NCBI GenBank assembly: GCA_002269645.1
Contig: NIVC01002931.1
Coordinates: 1-53,173, forward strand
Source: Macrostomum lignano
Lineage: Eukaryota
Length of the DNA stretch: 53,173 nucleotides
Direction: 5' to 3'
This document shows, in pieces, positions 38,960 to 50,863 of the stretch. A model generated the notes under the pieces. It was not told the origin of the DNA, did no database searches, and saw nothing but the letters and a program-made list of their open reading frames with translations. Every line of letters begins with the position of its first letter. Position 1 is the first letter of the stretch. The position numbers and the translations under genes were made by a program.

Positions 38960-39590
38960 CTTCATCTCTTTCTTTCCTCTACTCTCACATATCTACTCTC
39001 CCATCTCATGTCTACTCTCCGATCCTACGTCTACTCTCCGATCCTACGTCTACTCTCTCATCCCATGTCTTCTCTCCCATTTCATATCTACTCTCTCATC
39101 TCATTTCTACTCTCCCATCTCATGTCTACTCTCTTTCTCATGTCTACTCTTCCATCTCATATCTACTCTCCCATCATGTCTACTCTCAGGCATGGGATGG
39201 GAGGACATGTCCCCCCAGTAAAAGCTATGGAGGGAAATTCCAATGCTTTGTCCCCCCACCCCACCTTGTGACTCGTTGTGGTAATCAATAAATTTTCTTC
39301 AGGGCGCCAAAATATAGCGCCTTCGGCGCCAAAATGAGTGCCTGCGGAGTCAAAATGAGGGTTGACAACACGATTCTCAAAATAATGAAAATGTAGGAAT
39401 TCAGTCATGTACATGTACATGTTGAATTCTTGGCTTTGTTTCCCCATCATAAAATCCATGGCGACGTCCCTGTCTCCGATCCCACGTCTACTCTCCCAGC
39501 ACATGTCTACTCTTCCATCTCATTCTTGCTTTCCATCCAATATCACTTCTCTTTCTCATGTCTACTCTCTACTACCAGGTCTAGCCTCCA
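38960..39590. repeat. degenerate 19-bp minisatellite patches (about 38960-39190 and 39470-39590)
   Basis: ATGTCTACTCTCCCATCTC variants. Confidence 0.8.
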
Positions 39591-40233
39591 TCTCATTCTG
39601 TTAATTTTTGTCCTATCTCTAACTTTTTCCTCTTAATCCAGATTCCAGTCTCCCCAGGCTGGAGCAGTTTGCAGCAGCCTCTCAATCGGCATGCGATGAA
39701 GCAGCAGTGGGGATCTGCTTGTGCCCGAATACGGGGATATCGCTGCTGGTTGGATATCCCTCTGAACTGGGACTGGTGGTTGTTCAGCTGCATAGCTGAT
39801 GAGACAGTCAGGCGGGTGGCCTCTCTGCAATCGGCCCCGCAATCACGCATTCAGGCCAGGCAACTCGCGGCTGAGACAAAAACACACCAGGAAAATGTCT
39901 GGCAGAGAGCAGCTGAGCTTTGATTGAGTCAACTGCGGGGAATTGGTTTCTGGCGAGTCTTCAGCTCTGTTGGGAATTCCGATGCGATTTTTGGAAGCCG
40001 GTCGGTCCTGTGGGATGCGGCCAGATGACATGAGATTGCCACTGAGAGCAGATGCCTTGTCACCATGCGCTTTTGTCTCTTGTTTAGCGTCTCTGCTCTG
40101 GGGGTAATTTTGTGCGCTTGCTGGCTGGTGGAAACCTCTGGCTATTTTTTCCTGGAATGATTTTCGAAGGAGTCAATGAAGAGGAAAGTAAAGGGTGAAA
40201 CGGTAATAATGAGTCTGAGGGAAGCGGGAAGTC

Positions 40234-41000
40234 AGGGATCTGAGGGAAATGAAGGATCTGCGGGAAATGAAGGATGTGAGGGAAATGAAGGATGTGAGGG
40301 AAATGAAGGATCTGAGGGAAATGAAGGATCTGAGGGAAATGAAGGATGTGAGGGAAATGAAGGATCTGCTGAGGGAAATGAAGGATCTGCTGAGGGAAAT
40401 GAAGGATCTGCTGAGGGAAATGAAGGATCTGAGGGAAATGAAGGATGTGAGGGAAATGAAGAATTTGAGGGAAATGAAGAATCTGAGGGAAATGAAGGAT
40501 GTGAGGGAAATGAAGGATGTGAGGGAAATGAAGGATGTGAGGGAAATGAAGGATGTGAGGGAAATGAAGGATGTGAGGGAAATGAAGGATCTGCTGAGGG
40601 AAATGAAGGATCTGAGGGAAATGAAGAATCTGAGGGAAATGAATGATGTGAGGGAAATAAAGGATCTGCTGAGGGAAATGAAGGATCTGAGGGAAATGAA
40701 GGATGTGAGGGAAATGAAGGATGTGAGGGAAATGAAGGATTTGAGGGAAATGAAGGATCTGAGGGAAATGAAGAATCTGAGGGAAATGAATGATGTGAGG
40801 GAAATAAAGAATCTGCTGAGGGAAATGAAGGATCTGAGGGAAATGAAGGATCTGAGGGAAATGAAGGATGTGAGGGAAATGAAGGATGTGAGGGAAATGA
40901 AGAATTTGAGGGAAATGAAGGATTTGAGGGAAATGAAGGATGTGAGGGAAATGAAGAATTTGAGGGAAATGAAGGATTTGAGGGAAATGAAGGATCCGAG
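40234..41000. repeat. purine-rich minisatellite, 18 (21) bp unit
   Basis: (GAGGGAAATGAAGGATCT/GT)n. Confidence 0.96.
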
Positions 41001-41679
41001 GAAAGCGGGAGTGAACGGCTGGAGGCCATCTTTACAGTTCGTTATTCGAACAAATCTCCAAGAGAGAAAAGAGAACTCGCGTCAAGTTGAGAGAGAGCTT
41101 TCCCCCTTTCTCCATTCTGCCAACACGTTCGAGCCAATTTTCGGCGCTCGAAGTTGAGTAAAAACTGGTTGCCCCAGCCCATCAACCAGCCGGCTGCGGT
41201 GCGGTCTCGAAGTGGCCAGCCAGGCGTGTAAGCCAGCCCCGATTTCGCACTGGTAGGAAGTGGAAGTGTGCAGCTAAACTAGTTTCTTTTTCTCCTTTTT
41301 TAAGCCAGCCACCGCCCGCACTCCGCTGAGTTATTGCCGGCCGACAGTGTGGGATATAAGTGTCATTCATCTCCGGTCCGGAGCCGCTGGAAGAATGAGA
41401 GAACGGCTGAGAAGAGAGAGAAAGAGGGAGCGGCTGCAGCTGGGAGAAGTCGGAGAGCTCGGATCAAAGTTCCCTCGCATTGCCCCCCCCTCTTCCCCAT
41501 TTTTGAGTGAGTTTGGAAGCAGATGCCACTGCTAAACTGAGAGAGCTGAAAACTCGATGGGCCAAAATTCCGGCCTGGGGGGAGCAGCCATCGCTCTTTG
41601 ACTGAGGAGGCTGGGAAGCTGAGCGGCTCTGATACACTTTGCTAGTGTTATTGTTAAATAACAATGGGCTTGAGAGATT

Positions 41680-43490
41680 ATATGGAATGGATTGCTAATC
41701 TAGCCTACATCATGGATGAAGGAATAGAATGGATTGCTAATCTAGCCTGCATCATGAATGCAGGAATAGAATGGATTGCTAATCTAGCCTACACCAATGA
41801 AGGAATAGAATGGATTGCTAATCTAGCCTGCATCATGAATGAAGGAATATAATGGATTGCTAATCTAGCCTACATCATGAATGAAGAAATAGAATGGATT
41901 GCTAATCTAGCCTACATCATGGATGAAGGAATAGAATGGATTGCTAATCTAGCCTACACCAATGAAGGAATAGAATGGATTGCTAATCTAGCCTACATCA
42001 TGAATGAAGGAATAGAATGGATTGCTAATCTAGCCTGCATCATGAATGAAGGAATAGAATGGATTGCTAATCTAGCCTACATCATGGATGAAGGAATAGA
42101 ATGGATTGCTAATCTAGCCTACATCATGAATGAAGAAATAGAATGGATTGCTAATCTAGCCTACATCATGAATGAAGGAATAGAATGGATTGCTAATCTA
42201 GCCTGCATCATAAATGAAGGAATAGAATGGATTGCTAATCTAGCCTACATCAATGAAGGAATAGAATGGATTGCTAATCTAGCCTACCTCATGAATGAAG
42301 GAATAGAATGGATTGCTAATCTAGCCTACATCATGAATGAAGAAATAGAATGGATTGCTAATCTAGCCTACATCATGGATGAAGGAATAGAATGGATTGC
42401 TAATCTAGCCTACACCAATGAAGGAATAGAATGGATTGCTAATCTAGCCTACACCAATGAAGGAATAGAATGGATTGCTAATCTAGCCTACATCATGGAT
42501 GAAGGAATAGAATGGATTGCTAATCTAGCCTACATCATGAATGAAGGAATAGAATGGATTGCTAATCTAGCCTGCATCATAAATGAAGGAATAGAATGGA
42601 TTGCTAATCTAGCCTGCATCATGAATGAAGGAATAGAATGGATTGCTAATCTAGCCTACATCATGAATGAAGGAATAGAATGGATTGCTAATCTAGCCTA
42701 CATCATGAATGAAGAAATAGAATGGATTGCTAATCTAGCCTACCTCATGAATGAAGGAATAGAATGGATTGCTAATCTAGCCTACATCATGAATGAAGGA
42801 ATAGAATGGATTGCTAATCTAGCCTACATCATGGATGAAGGAATAGAATGGATTGCTAATCTAGCCTACACCAATGAAGGAATAGAATGGATTGCTAATC
42901 TAGCCAACACCAATGAAGGAATAGAATGTATTGCTAATCTAGCCTACATCATAAATGAAGGAATAGAATGGATTGCTAATCTAGCCTGCATCATAAATGA
43001 AGGAATAGAATGGATTGCTAATCTAGCCTACATCATGAATGAAGGAAATGAATGGATTGCTAATCTAGCCTACATCATGAATGAAGGAATAGAATGGATT
43101 GCTAATCTAGCCTACATCATGAATGAAGAAATAGAATGGATTGCTAATCTAGCCTACATCATGGATGAAGGAATAGAATGGATTGCTAATCTAGCCTACA
43201 CCAATGAAGGAATAGAATGGATTGCTAATCTAGCCTACATCATGAATGAAGGAATAGAATGGATTGCTAATCTAGCCTGCATCATGAATGAAGGAATAGA
43301 ATGGATTGCTAATCTAGCCTACATCATGAATGAAGGAATAGAATGGATTGCTAATCTAGCCTACATCATGAATGAAGGAATAGAATGGACTGCTAATCTA
43401 GCCTACATCATGAATGAAGGAATAGAATGGATTGCTAATCTAGCCTGCATCATGAATGAAGGAATAGAATGGATTGCTAATCTGGCCTAG
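41680..43490. repeat. minisatellite, 42 (39) bp unit, about 43 copies
   Basis: (GAAGGAATAGAATGGATTGCTAATCTAGCCTACATCATGAAT)n. Confidence 0.97.
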
Positions 43491-44500
43491 ATGAGCCTAG
43501 ATGAATAGAATAGCATTTTAAGTAGGTAATTAAAAGTGAATTCACCGAGTTTCTCTACGTGAGGCCCTGTAGCTCAGTCAGGCGCGCCCCTTCGTGACCC
43601 ATTGGCCGAAAACTGGCCCCTAAGATTTCCGCCCGAGCTTGGCTTAGGGATCGGGAGGACGAGGCTGCGGGTTGGGATTTGAGCAACACAGGATCTGGCA
43701 GTGATTACACCTTGATTCGGGTTACATCCCGATGCCCGGCCTTGCTACATGGGGGCTTTTCGCTTGCCTGCCTTGCCGCCTTTGCTACCAGAGAGAGATG
43801 GGGAGAGTGGGCGGGCGCATGAGCTGGATGGATTCTGGATCATGGAGGCGAAATTCAGGCAAGCGCGAAAGACTGAATGCAGGTCTGGGGAAGCAGAGAA
43901 CCCACGCATCGCTACGGGGTAAAAGGGGAGCACCTCACCTGACTGACTGACTTATTGCGGCGGTTCTGCATCAAAAGAGACTGAGGTTGCTGGGTTAGGA
44001 TTTTTTGGGGGTAAGCAAGCTGATGGAGAAAGAGAGAGGCCCAATGGACCGCAGCGAATATTTTTAGTTTGTGTGTTTCCAGCGCTGCCTGCCCTCTGTT
44101 TGCCTTTAAGGCGACGTTTTCCTTTGTGCCCCAAAAAACGGATTTCCACCTGGCCTGATCCTCGCAGTTTTCTTTCTGATCATTTGTTTTTTCTTCAAGC
44201 TCAGCTGCGTTAAAAAGCCTGCGTGCTCAGTGGTTTTGGTTTCCAAAGCCGGTAATTATTATTTGTACAGCCACTGTTAAGAAGAGCTGACAGATATGAC
44301 TGTTCCTTGTGCCTTTCAGTCAAGTATTCAGCAATATTATTGAGCAGAAATATTGGCTGCATATGGTGATTCATACGTATTTATCTTACCAGCCGTCGTA
44401 TAGGCAGCCGATTTCACACCCAGAACCGCCCTCTCCTCCGCCTAGGCCCTAGACAAAATGAAGCCTATAGCATTTCTGGCACTTAATTCTTTCTTCTCAG

Positions 44501-44728
44501 GCCGAGTCGGCACCGCTGTGGCCATCCGGGCTCGGGCTTTTGGCTTCCAGGTTGTGGTGTTCGATCCAAACCTGGCCGAAGGCGTCGAGAGCTCGTTCGG
44601 CGTCGGCAGGGCCGGCAGCATTGAGGAGCTGGTGGCGGCCAGCGACTGCGTGAGTTTGCACTGCCCGGATGGGCCGGGCACTCGCAGACTCATCAGCGAG
44701 CAGGCGATTCGATGCGCCAAAAAGACAG
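44501..44728 (+). CDS. CtBP: THAP-CtBP exon 6 (NAD-binding Rossmann fold)
   Basis: Acceptor TTCTTCTCAG; GRVGTAVAIRARAFGFQVVVFDP...DCVSLHC; completes GFGRVG; donor G|GTGAGT. Confidence 0.95.
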
Positions 44729-44850
44729 GTGAGTGTTGAAACTAAACAGGAATGTTGTCAATCAGTCCAGGAGAAGAGCCTATGTTGCAGCAGAGTTTAT
44801 TGACCAATATATTCCAACGCTATCTCCGTGGTTGCTCGTGGTCTCCGCAG

Positions 44851-44982
44851 GCTTCTTTCTGGTGAACACCTGCTCCGCCGCGCTGATGGACGAGGCCGCA
44901 GTGGCCGACGCCCTACGCGACGGTATTGTCCGCGGCCTTGCGCTCGACCTGCCCAACCGCTGCGCCATTGACGTTGAGAATG
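44851..44982 (+). CDS. CtBP: THAP-CtBP exon 7
   Basis: Acceptor CTCCGCAG; GFFLVNTCSAALMDEAAVADALRDGIVRGLALDLPNRCAIDVEN; donor G|GTGAGC. Confidence 0.92.
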
Positions 44983-45497
44983 GTGAGCTGCTCATAAAGT
45001 CACCTGCTCTAGCATGATTTATGATTCTATTATTGGGTCAGATACCCAAAATGGTTATGCAAAACTTTTATAATTAAACATGTCAATCGTGCTTCTTAGA
45101 ATACGAAGTAGCTGTGTGAGTTTATTTATTATTTTAGACTTTTTCCATAATTAGGCTATACTAAACACCAATTGCCTACTAACGAAAGTAGCCAGAAAAG
45201 AATGCAAAGCGAATCTCTTTAATGGTGTGGGCAAAAAGATTTAGCATTTTTAGCACTAAAATTGCCAGAAGCTCTTCCGAATTTTTAACTGGAGCAAAGG
45301 TGTATTGTCAGGTGAAAATCACTCGCAGCACGCACACGCTCACGCAGGGTGTACAGCGGCTCTGACTTCTCACTGTCAGGCATGTTCGCCTCTGTGCCTT
45401 TGGGAGTTGGCCCTCATGGGCGGGAGCTACAGGTCCTGGGCCAATTTACTTGTCCATGTCCGACAACACCTCTCCCCTCTGCTCCCCGCTACCGCAG

Positions 45498-45904
45498 GCG
45501 CCCTGAAGGACTGTCCGAACGTGGTGGCCACCCCGGGCTCGGCCTTCTACAGCGACCAGGCCTGCGCCGAGCTGCGCGAGCTGGCGGCAGAGGAGATCCG
45601 GCGCGGATTGGCCGCCGCCTGCCGGACAGTCTGAAATTCTGCGTCAACTCGGAGCCGGCCGCCATTGCCTGTCCGGCCAAGCGGCCTCGGACAGCCGGTC
45701 AGGCGCGCTTTGCCACGGCGACTGCCTCGACCGCCTCCTCATCATCCGGAGCGTCGTCCAGCACCGGAGGCAGCATCGGCCGGGGCGGCGGCTGCACCAG
45801 CGGCGACTTTCTTCACCAGGCAGCCAAACGGGCCGCAGCTTCCTGCCTGTCGAAGCCGGTGCCGCCACCAGGCTTCGGGGCGCCGCCGATCCGACTGAAC
45901 TTTG
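45498..45904 (+). CDS. CtBP: THAP-CtBP exon 8 (apparent 1-nt deletion at about 45614)
   Basis: GALKDCPNVVATPGSAFYSDQACAELRELAAEEIRRGLA, then after a frameshift (G)RLPDSLKFCVN, matching CtBP GRIPDSLKNCVN; donor G|GTGAGT at 45905. Confidence 0.88.
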
Positions 45905-45925
45905 GTGAGTTGAGTGACTTGTCTG

Positions 45926-46822
45926 AGTGACCCGTCTGAGTGACCGGTCTGAGTGACCGGTCTGAGTGACCGGTCTGAGTGACCGGTCTGAGTGACCGGT
46001 CTGAGTGACCGAGTGAACCGTCTGAGTGAACCGTCTGAGTGACCCGTCTGAGTGACCCGTCCTGACTAACATCCTGCCTTGACCCATAAATGAGTTATCC
46101 ATCCAGTGACCCTTCAGTAGCCATAAATTGATTATCCATGAGTGACCCATGAGTGATCCATGAGTGACCCATGAGTGACCCATGAGTGATCCATGAGTGA
46201 CCCATGAGTGACCCATGAGTGATCCATGAGTGACCCATGAGTGACCCATGAGCCAATGAGTGACCCATGAGTGACCGATGAGCCAATGAGTGACCCATGA
46301 GTGACCGATGAGCCAATGAGTGACCCATGAGTGACCCATGAGCCAATGAGTGATCCATGAGTGACCCATGAGTGACCCATGAGTGACCCATGAGTGACCC
46401 TTGAGTGATCCATGAGTGACCCATGAGTGACCCATGAGTGACCCATGAGTGACCGATGAGCCAATGAGTGACCCATGAGTGATCCATGAGTGACCCATGA
46501 GTGACCCATGAGTGATCCATGAGTGACCCATGAGTGACCCATGAGTGATCCATGAGTGACCCATGAGTGACCCATGATCCAATGAGTGACCCATGAGTGA
46601 CCGATGAGCCAATGAGTGACCCATGAGTGACCGATGAGCCAATGAGTGACCCATGAGTGACCCATGAGCCAATGAGTGATCCATGAGTGACCCATGAGTG
46701 ACCCATGAGTGACCCATGAGTGACCCTTGAGTGATCCATGAGTGACCCATGAGTGACCCATGAGTGACCCATGAGTGACCGATGAGCCAATGAGTGACCC
46801 ATGAGTGATCCATGAGTGACCG
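45926..46822. repeat. compound minisatellite: 13-bp GTCTGAGTGACCG (to about 46060), then 11-bp CCATGAGTGAC (from about 46135)
   Basis: tandem units filling CtBP intron 8. Confidence 0.96.
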
Positions 46823-46896
46823 TGCAACTGTCCATAGAAGAACATGGCTTTGATGAGCCGTCATTAACTCGCCAGCTCGCCAACCCCCGTTGCTAG

Positions 46897-47039
46897 GCTA
46901 CGTGGACTCGTTCCCCCAGTCGAGCTTGGCCTCCCTAATGCTGCCGGGAGCCAATTATGACTCGCTGCATGCCGCCGCGCTCAGCTCGGTGGCGCCCCTT
47001 CACTATGACGCGTTCGGCAAGAAGGACATTCTTATCTGA
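46897..47039 (+). CDS. CtBP: THAP-CtBP exon 9 (C-terminal tail; alternative in-frame acceptor at 46876)
   Basis: Acceptor TGCTAG in phase 1 with exon 8; GYVDSFPQSSLASLML...FGKKDILI*; GC-rich codon usage, then AT-rich 3' UTR. Confidence 0.7.
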
Positions 47040-47375
47040 TGTTGAACAAGCTTTTAAATTCGATGCATGCAGTTTGAAACACACTTTTCTATCTTATTAT
47101 ATCAATATATTTTGAGTCATGTCTCGATTAATAATTCATGATTAGAGAGTCATAGCCGCCCGCACCCTGTTGCTCCGTTTCAACACGTCTTGTTGATCCT
47201 TGTAAAGAAAGGCGCACCTCCGCCCCAGTTGCAGAAATGTTTTTTTTGCTTTTTTTGCTGCTTATCCGTAGCCGTCTCCAGTGTCCAGTTGTAGCTGCAG
47301 TGTGCTTTTTTGCTAAAAGTACAAATTTGTGATTTTAAAATTCAATGCTTTGCGTCGCTTCAAGGCTATTCGTGA

Positions 47376-47381
47376 AATAAA
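47376..47381 (+). terminator. candidate polyadenylation signal of CtBP
   Basis: AATAAA 337 nt after the stop, followed by T/GT-rich sequence. Confidence 0.5.
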
Positions 47382-48543
47382 TGTCTGTTTAACTGTTCTC
47401 ACTATTTTGATTTCTGTTTAATATTTTGCTTGTGTAAAGCAGTGTTTGAATGTGTATAGTGCTTATTCTTAGCACAGCTAGTGAAACAGTTCTCGCACAC
47501 CTGCTGCAGGTACGCAAGCTTGATTGCTTATTTACTTCACATTTGCTTTTGTAGACGCTTTATTAAAATGCTCTTATATTTTCTCACGTTTTTTGTAAAT
47601 TTATAATTGTCATGCTTGCACTCAACTACTACTAGGCTAGTGGGCAGTAGTGTTTGTGTGTATTTGTTCGCAAAATTAAAAAAATACTTCTTTTATTAGA
47701 ATTGTACTTGATCTTGCCTCTTGAATCAGACAGATCGGCTCGCTAGCGGAGTTCCAGCAGGGTTCGGTAGTTCAACAGATGAATGAAAGCGACGTTTTAT
47801 TTCGAAGAAAAAAAAAACTCTTTTTGAAAGCTTTTTAAAGAATGCGTCTCATTTTTGCCCGTGTTTTTTACGGTCTCGCTTGCCTGCTTTAAATACGTTT
47901 GTGTTTGCAAATATTAATATTCAACATTATATTGCATGTTTATTAGAGCGTACGATTAATTAAAATGCCAGAAACGAGTTCACGTAATTTTAAAATTTTA
48001 AATTCGCACGGAGGAAGAAAAATAAGTCAGACTTGCACCAAATTTGGAAGAAAAGCAATTCAAAAGCACTCGAAATTGGGGGGGGGGTGAAACCAGATGG
48101 AGCATCAAAGGCCTCAGTTTCCTTTCTAAATCTTTCCAACTCGTTCTGAAATTACGTTTAGGACCGAAACGTCTTCATAAAATATTGGAGAGTTTATGAA
48201 CAGCTTAGTTAAAATGCTGTAAAATTTGCTAACTATTGCTTCAGAATAACAAATTAAAATTGAAGTTTTTTATACGCTAAATAGAAAACGATGCTTGAAC
48301 TTCTGGGCAGGGATAATTTCTCTAGTAAAGACAAATCCGAGCAAGCAGAAGTAATAATAAGAATTGATTGCACCTGCCGTAATGGGCAGATGTGCAACCG
48401 ACAGCTCAGCCGTAGCTATTGCGCGGCGCATCTGAAGGCTGCGTACGGCTGTTCAGTTCAAGGACTGGGGGGTCGCCACACACACCCTCAATTACCCCAG
48501 CTAATGCTGGCACCCATTTTACAGCTGGGTGAACTGAAGCAAT

Positions 48544-48655
48544 CCTGTACTTTGAGTGCTGCCACCCACCTCATTCCATCCCTGTACTTTGAGTGCTGTC
48601 ACCCACCTCACTCCATTCCTGTACTTTGAGTGCGGCCGTCCACCTCACTCCATCC
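48544..48655. repeat. 37-bp tandem repeat x3 directly after the MFS stop codon
   Basis: CCTGTACTTTGAGTGC at 48544, 48581 and 48618. Confidence 0.9.
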
Positions 48656-48663
48656 CGATCAGT

Positions 48664-50088
48664 TTAGTTGATTTTGCTATTCACGATGGTCGCTGCAGTC
48701 CGGCGTCCAACGGCGATGTCGCCACGCTCCAGCTCCGAGTAGGCCTCGGGATCGTGCTCCAGCTGCTGCTGCTGCTGGGCGCGCGTCTCCACGTCGAGTT
48801 GCTTGAGCAGCTCGTAACGGTCCCTGCGACTGGCCGCCTTGAGCATGATGATGATGAGCAGTAGTGCCAGGAACTTGATGAATATCAGGAAGCCCTGGAT
48901 GACGAAGAAGTATCGATATTCGTAGCGCTCGGCGATCATGGCAGTGACCGAGGGCGACAGCGCCATGCCGACCCCCATGCCGGCCAGGCTGAACGGGTAG
49001 GCCAGGTGTCCGGGCAAGGTGGTCATCTCCTCGCCAGCCGGAACAAAAATGTAATGCTGGGTCCCATGCAGAAGCCGGAGATGTAGGCCAGGATGTAGCT
49101 CAGAGTCTTGTTAGAAGCCACCACCTCCCAGTAGACAAGGCTGCAGGCCATGATGAAGGTAGTGACGCTGAGGATGTACTTTAGCCGGCCTTTGAGAAAG
49201 TCTTTCGTAGCGATGGCCAGCACGGCTGCGATGGCGTAGGTCGAAGCCTCTCCGGAAGCGAATAGCAAAGTCAGGTGTGAGCTCTTAGTCAGCGATGACT
49301 CCCGCCTGCGCACGTAGTCGGCCAGGTTCAGCAGCATGCCGTACGTCACGATGCTGGTCATGACGCGGTCGAGGAACCACAACAGCAGGTAGGGCACCTT
49401 GGAGCGTTCCACCTCCCAGAAGGCGCCGAAGCACTGCTTGTTGCTGGAGTAGGGCGGCAGTTCTTCGCGTTTAGTGAAGAAAATGCTGCCAGAAATGTTG
49501 ACGAAAAAGTAAATGACGCCAAGAATGATGAAGGCGTTTCGCCAGGTGTACAGTTCGATCAAGTAAGCGTACAGCTGCACGAACAGGATGGAGGCGATTG
49601 AACGCCAGACACGAGGTCGTAGCAAGGATGTGGTACGGATGCTGCTTGTCGAAGTGCTCGTTGACCACCAGGCGACTGTGCTGAGGATCAGCGAGCTGCC
49701 GACGCCGTGGAAGACTGTGTGCGTCAGGAACAGCCAGTGCGGGTTCGGCACGAATGCACTAGTGATGCAGGCGAGCAGGATGGCCAGGGTGCCCAGCATC
49801 TGGAAGAACTGGAAGCGCCGGCCGCTGCTCAGGATAACGGAGGTGCTCAGCGTTGTGGTCATGTAGCCTACGGCGGCGTAGGAGTCGCCAATCCAGTTGA
49901 GCTCGGCGAGGGAGATCGTCCCGTTGAACTCGGCGTGCAGTTGGGCAACAAAGACGCCGAATGCGCGTCGCTTGCCGCCGAGAAAGATGACGTTGGTGGC
50001 TGCGCAGCCCAGGATCAGCCAGGCCAGAGCTCCCTTCGCCTGTGCTGCTGGGCTGGGCTGCAATTGCGGGGGTGGGGGTTGGGGCTTT
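48664..50088 (-). CDS. MFS transporter, SLC16/monocarboxylate-transporter-like, main exon (four apparent 1-nt deletions); about 487 aa when corrected
   Basis: Multiple hydrophobic helices; AFGVFVAQL, WIGDS, HGVGSSL, LIELYTWRNAFIILG parallel the MCT family pattern; acceptor GTTCTGCAG at 50089-50090; TAA at 48664-48666. Confidence 0.85.
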
Positions 50089-50106
50089 CTGCAGAACCAA
50101 CCAGCT

Positions 50107-50863
50107 CAGTGGCAATTTGCTGGTCAAGGGAATGCCAGGACCAAACCAGTCAGTAAACCGGTGGCTGGTCAAGGGAATGCCAGGACCAAACCAGTCAGTA
50201 AACCGGTGGCTGGTCAAGGGAATGACAGGACCAAACCAGTCAGTAAACCGGTGGCTGGTCAAGAGAATGACAAGACCAAACCAGTCAGTAAACCGGTGGC
50301 TGGTCAAGGGAATGCCAGGACCAAACCAGTCAGTAAACCGGTGGCTGGTCAAGGGAATGCCAGGACCAAACCAGTCAGTAAACCGGTGGCTGGTCAAGGG
50401 AATGCCAGGACCAAACCAGTCAGTAAACCGGTGGCTGGTCAAGGGAATGGCAGGACCAAACCAGTCAGTAAACCGGTGGCTGGTCAAGGGAATGACAGGA
50501 CCAAACCAGTCAGTAAACCGGTGGCTGGTCAAGGGAATGACAGGACCAAACCAGTCAGTAAACCGTGGTGCTGGTCAAGGGAATGCCAGGACCAAACCAG
50601 TCAGTAAACCGGTGGCTGGTCAAGGGAATGGCAGGACCAAACCAGTCAGTAAACCGGTGGCTGGTCAAGGGAATGACAGGACCAAACCAGTCAGTAAACC
50701 GTGGCTGGTCAAGGGAATGACAGGACCAAACCAGTCAGTAAACGGTGGCTGGTCAAGGGAATGCCAGGACCAAACCAGTCAGTAAACCGGTGGCTGGTCA
50801 AGGGAATGACAGGACCAAACCAGTCAGTAAACCGGTGGCTGGTCAAGGGAATGACAGGACCAA
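50107..50863. repeat. minisatellite, 45 bp unit (MFS intron)
   Basis: (GGTGGCTGGTCAAGGGAATGCCAGGACCAAACCAGTCAGTAAACC)n. Confidence 0.97.

Noticed and set aside
39669-39923. ORF containing ACARIRG, similar to CtBP GAARIRG (possible duplicated exon)
   Set aside because: Similarity is limited to about 5 residues and no compatible splice sites were found.
40176-41157. Overlapping repeat ORFs (EGNEG, REMKD, PSFPS)
   Set aside because: 18-bp purine-rich array open in several frames.
41877-43490. 537-aa ORF of MNEGIEWIANLAYI repeats
   Set aside because: Stop-free reading of a 42/39-bp intronic minisatellite, with no flanking unique domain or usable splice context.
49759-50785. Long ORFs crossing the 45-bp array in several frames
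   Set aside because: The array lies in the MFS intron; GT-AG sites explain the true structure.
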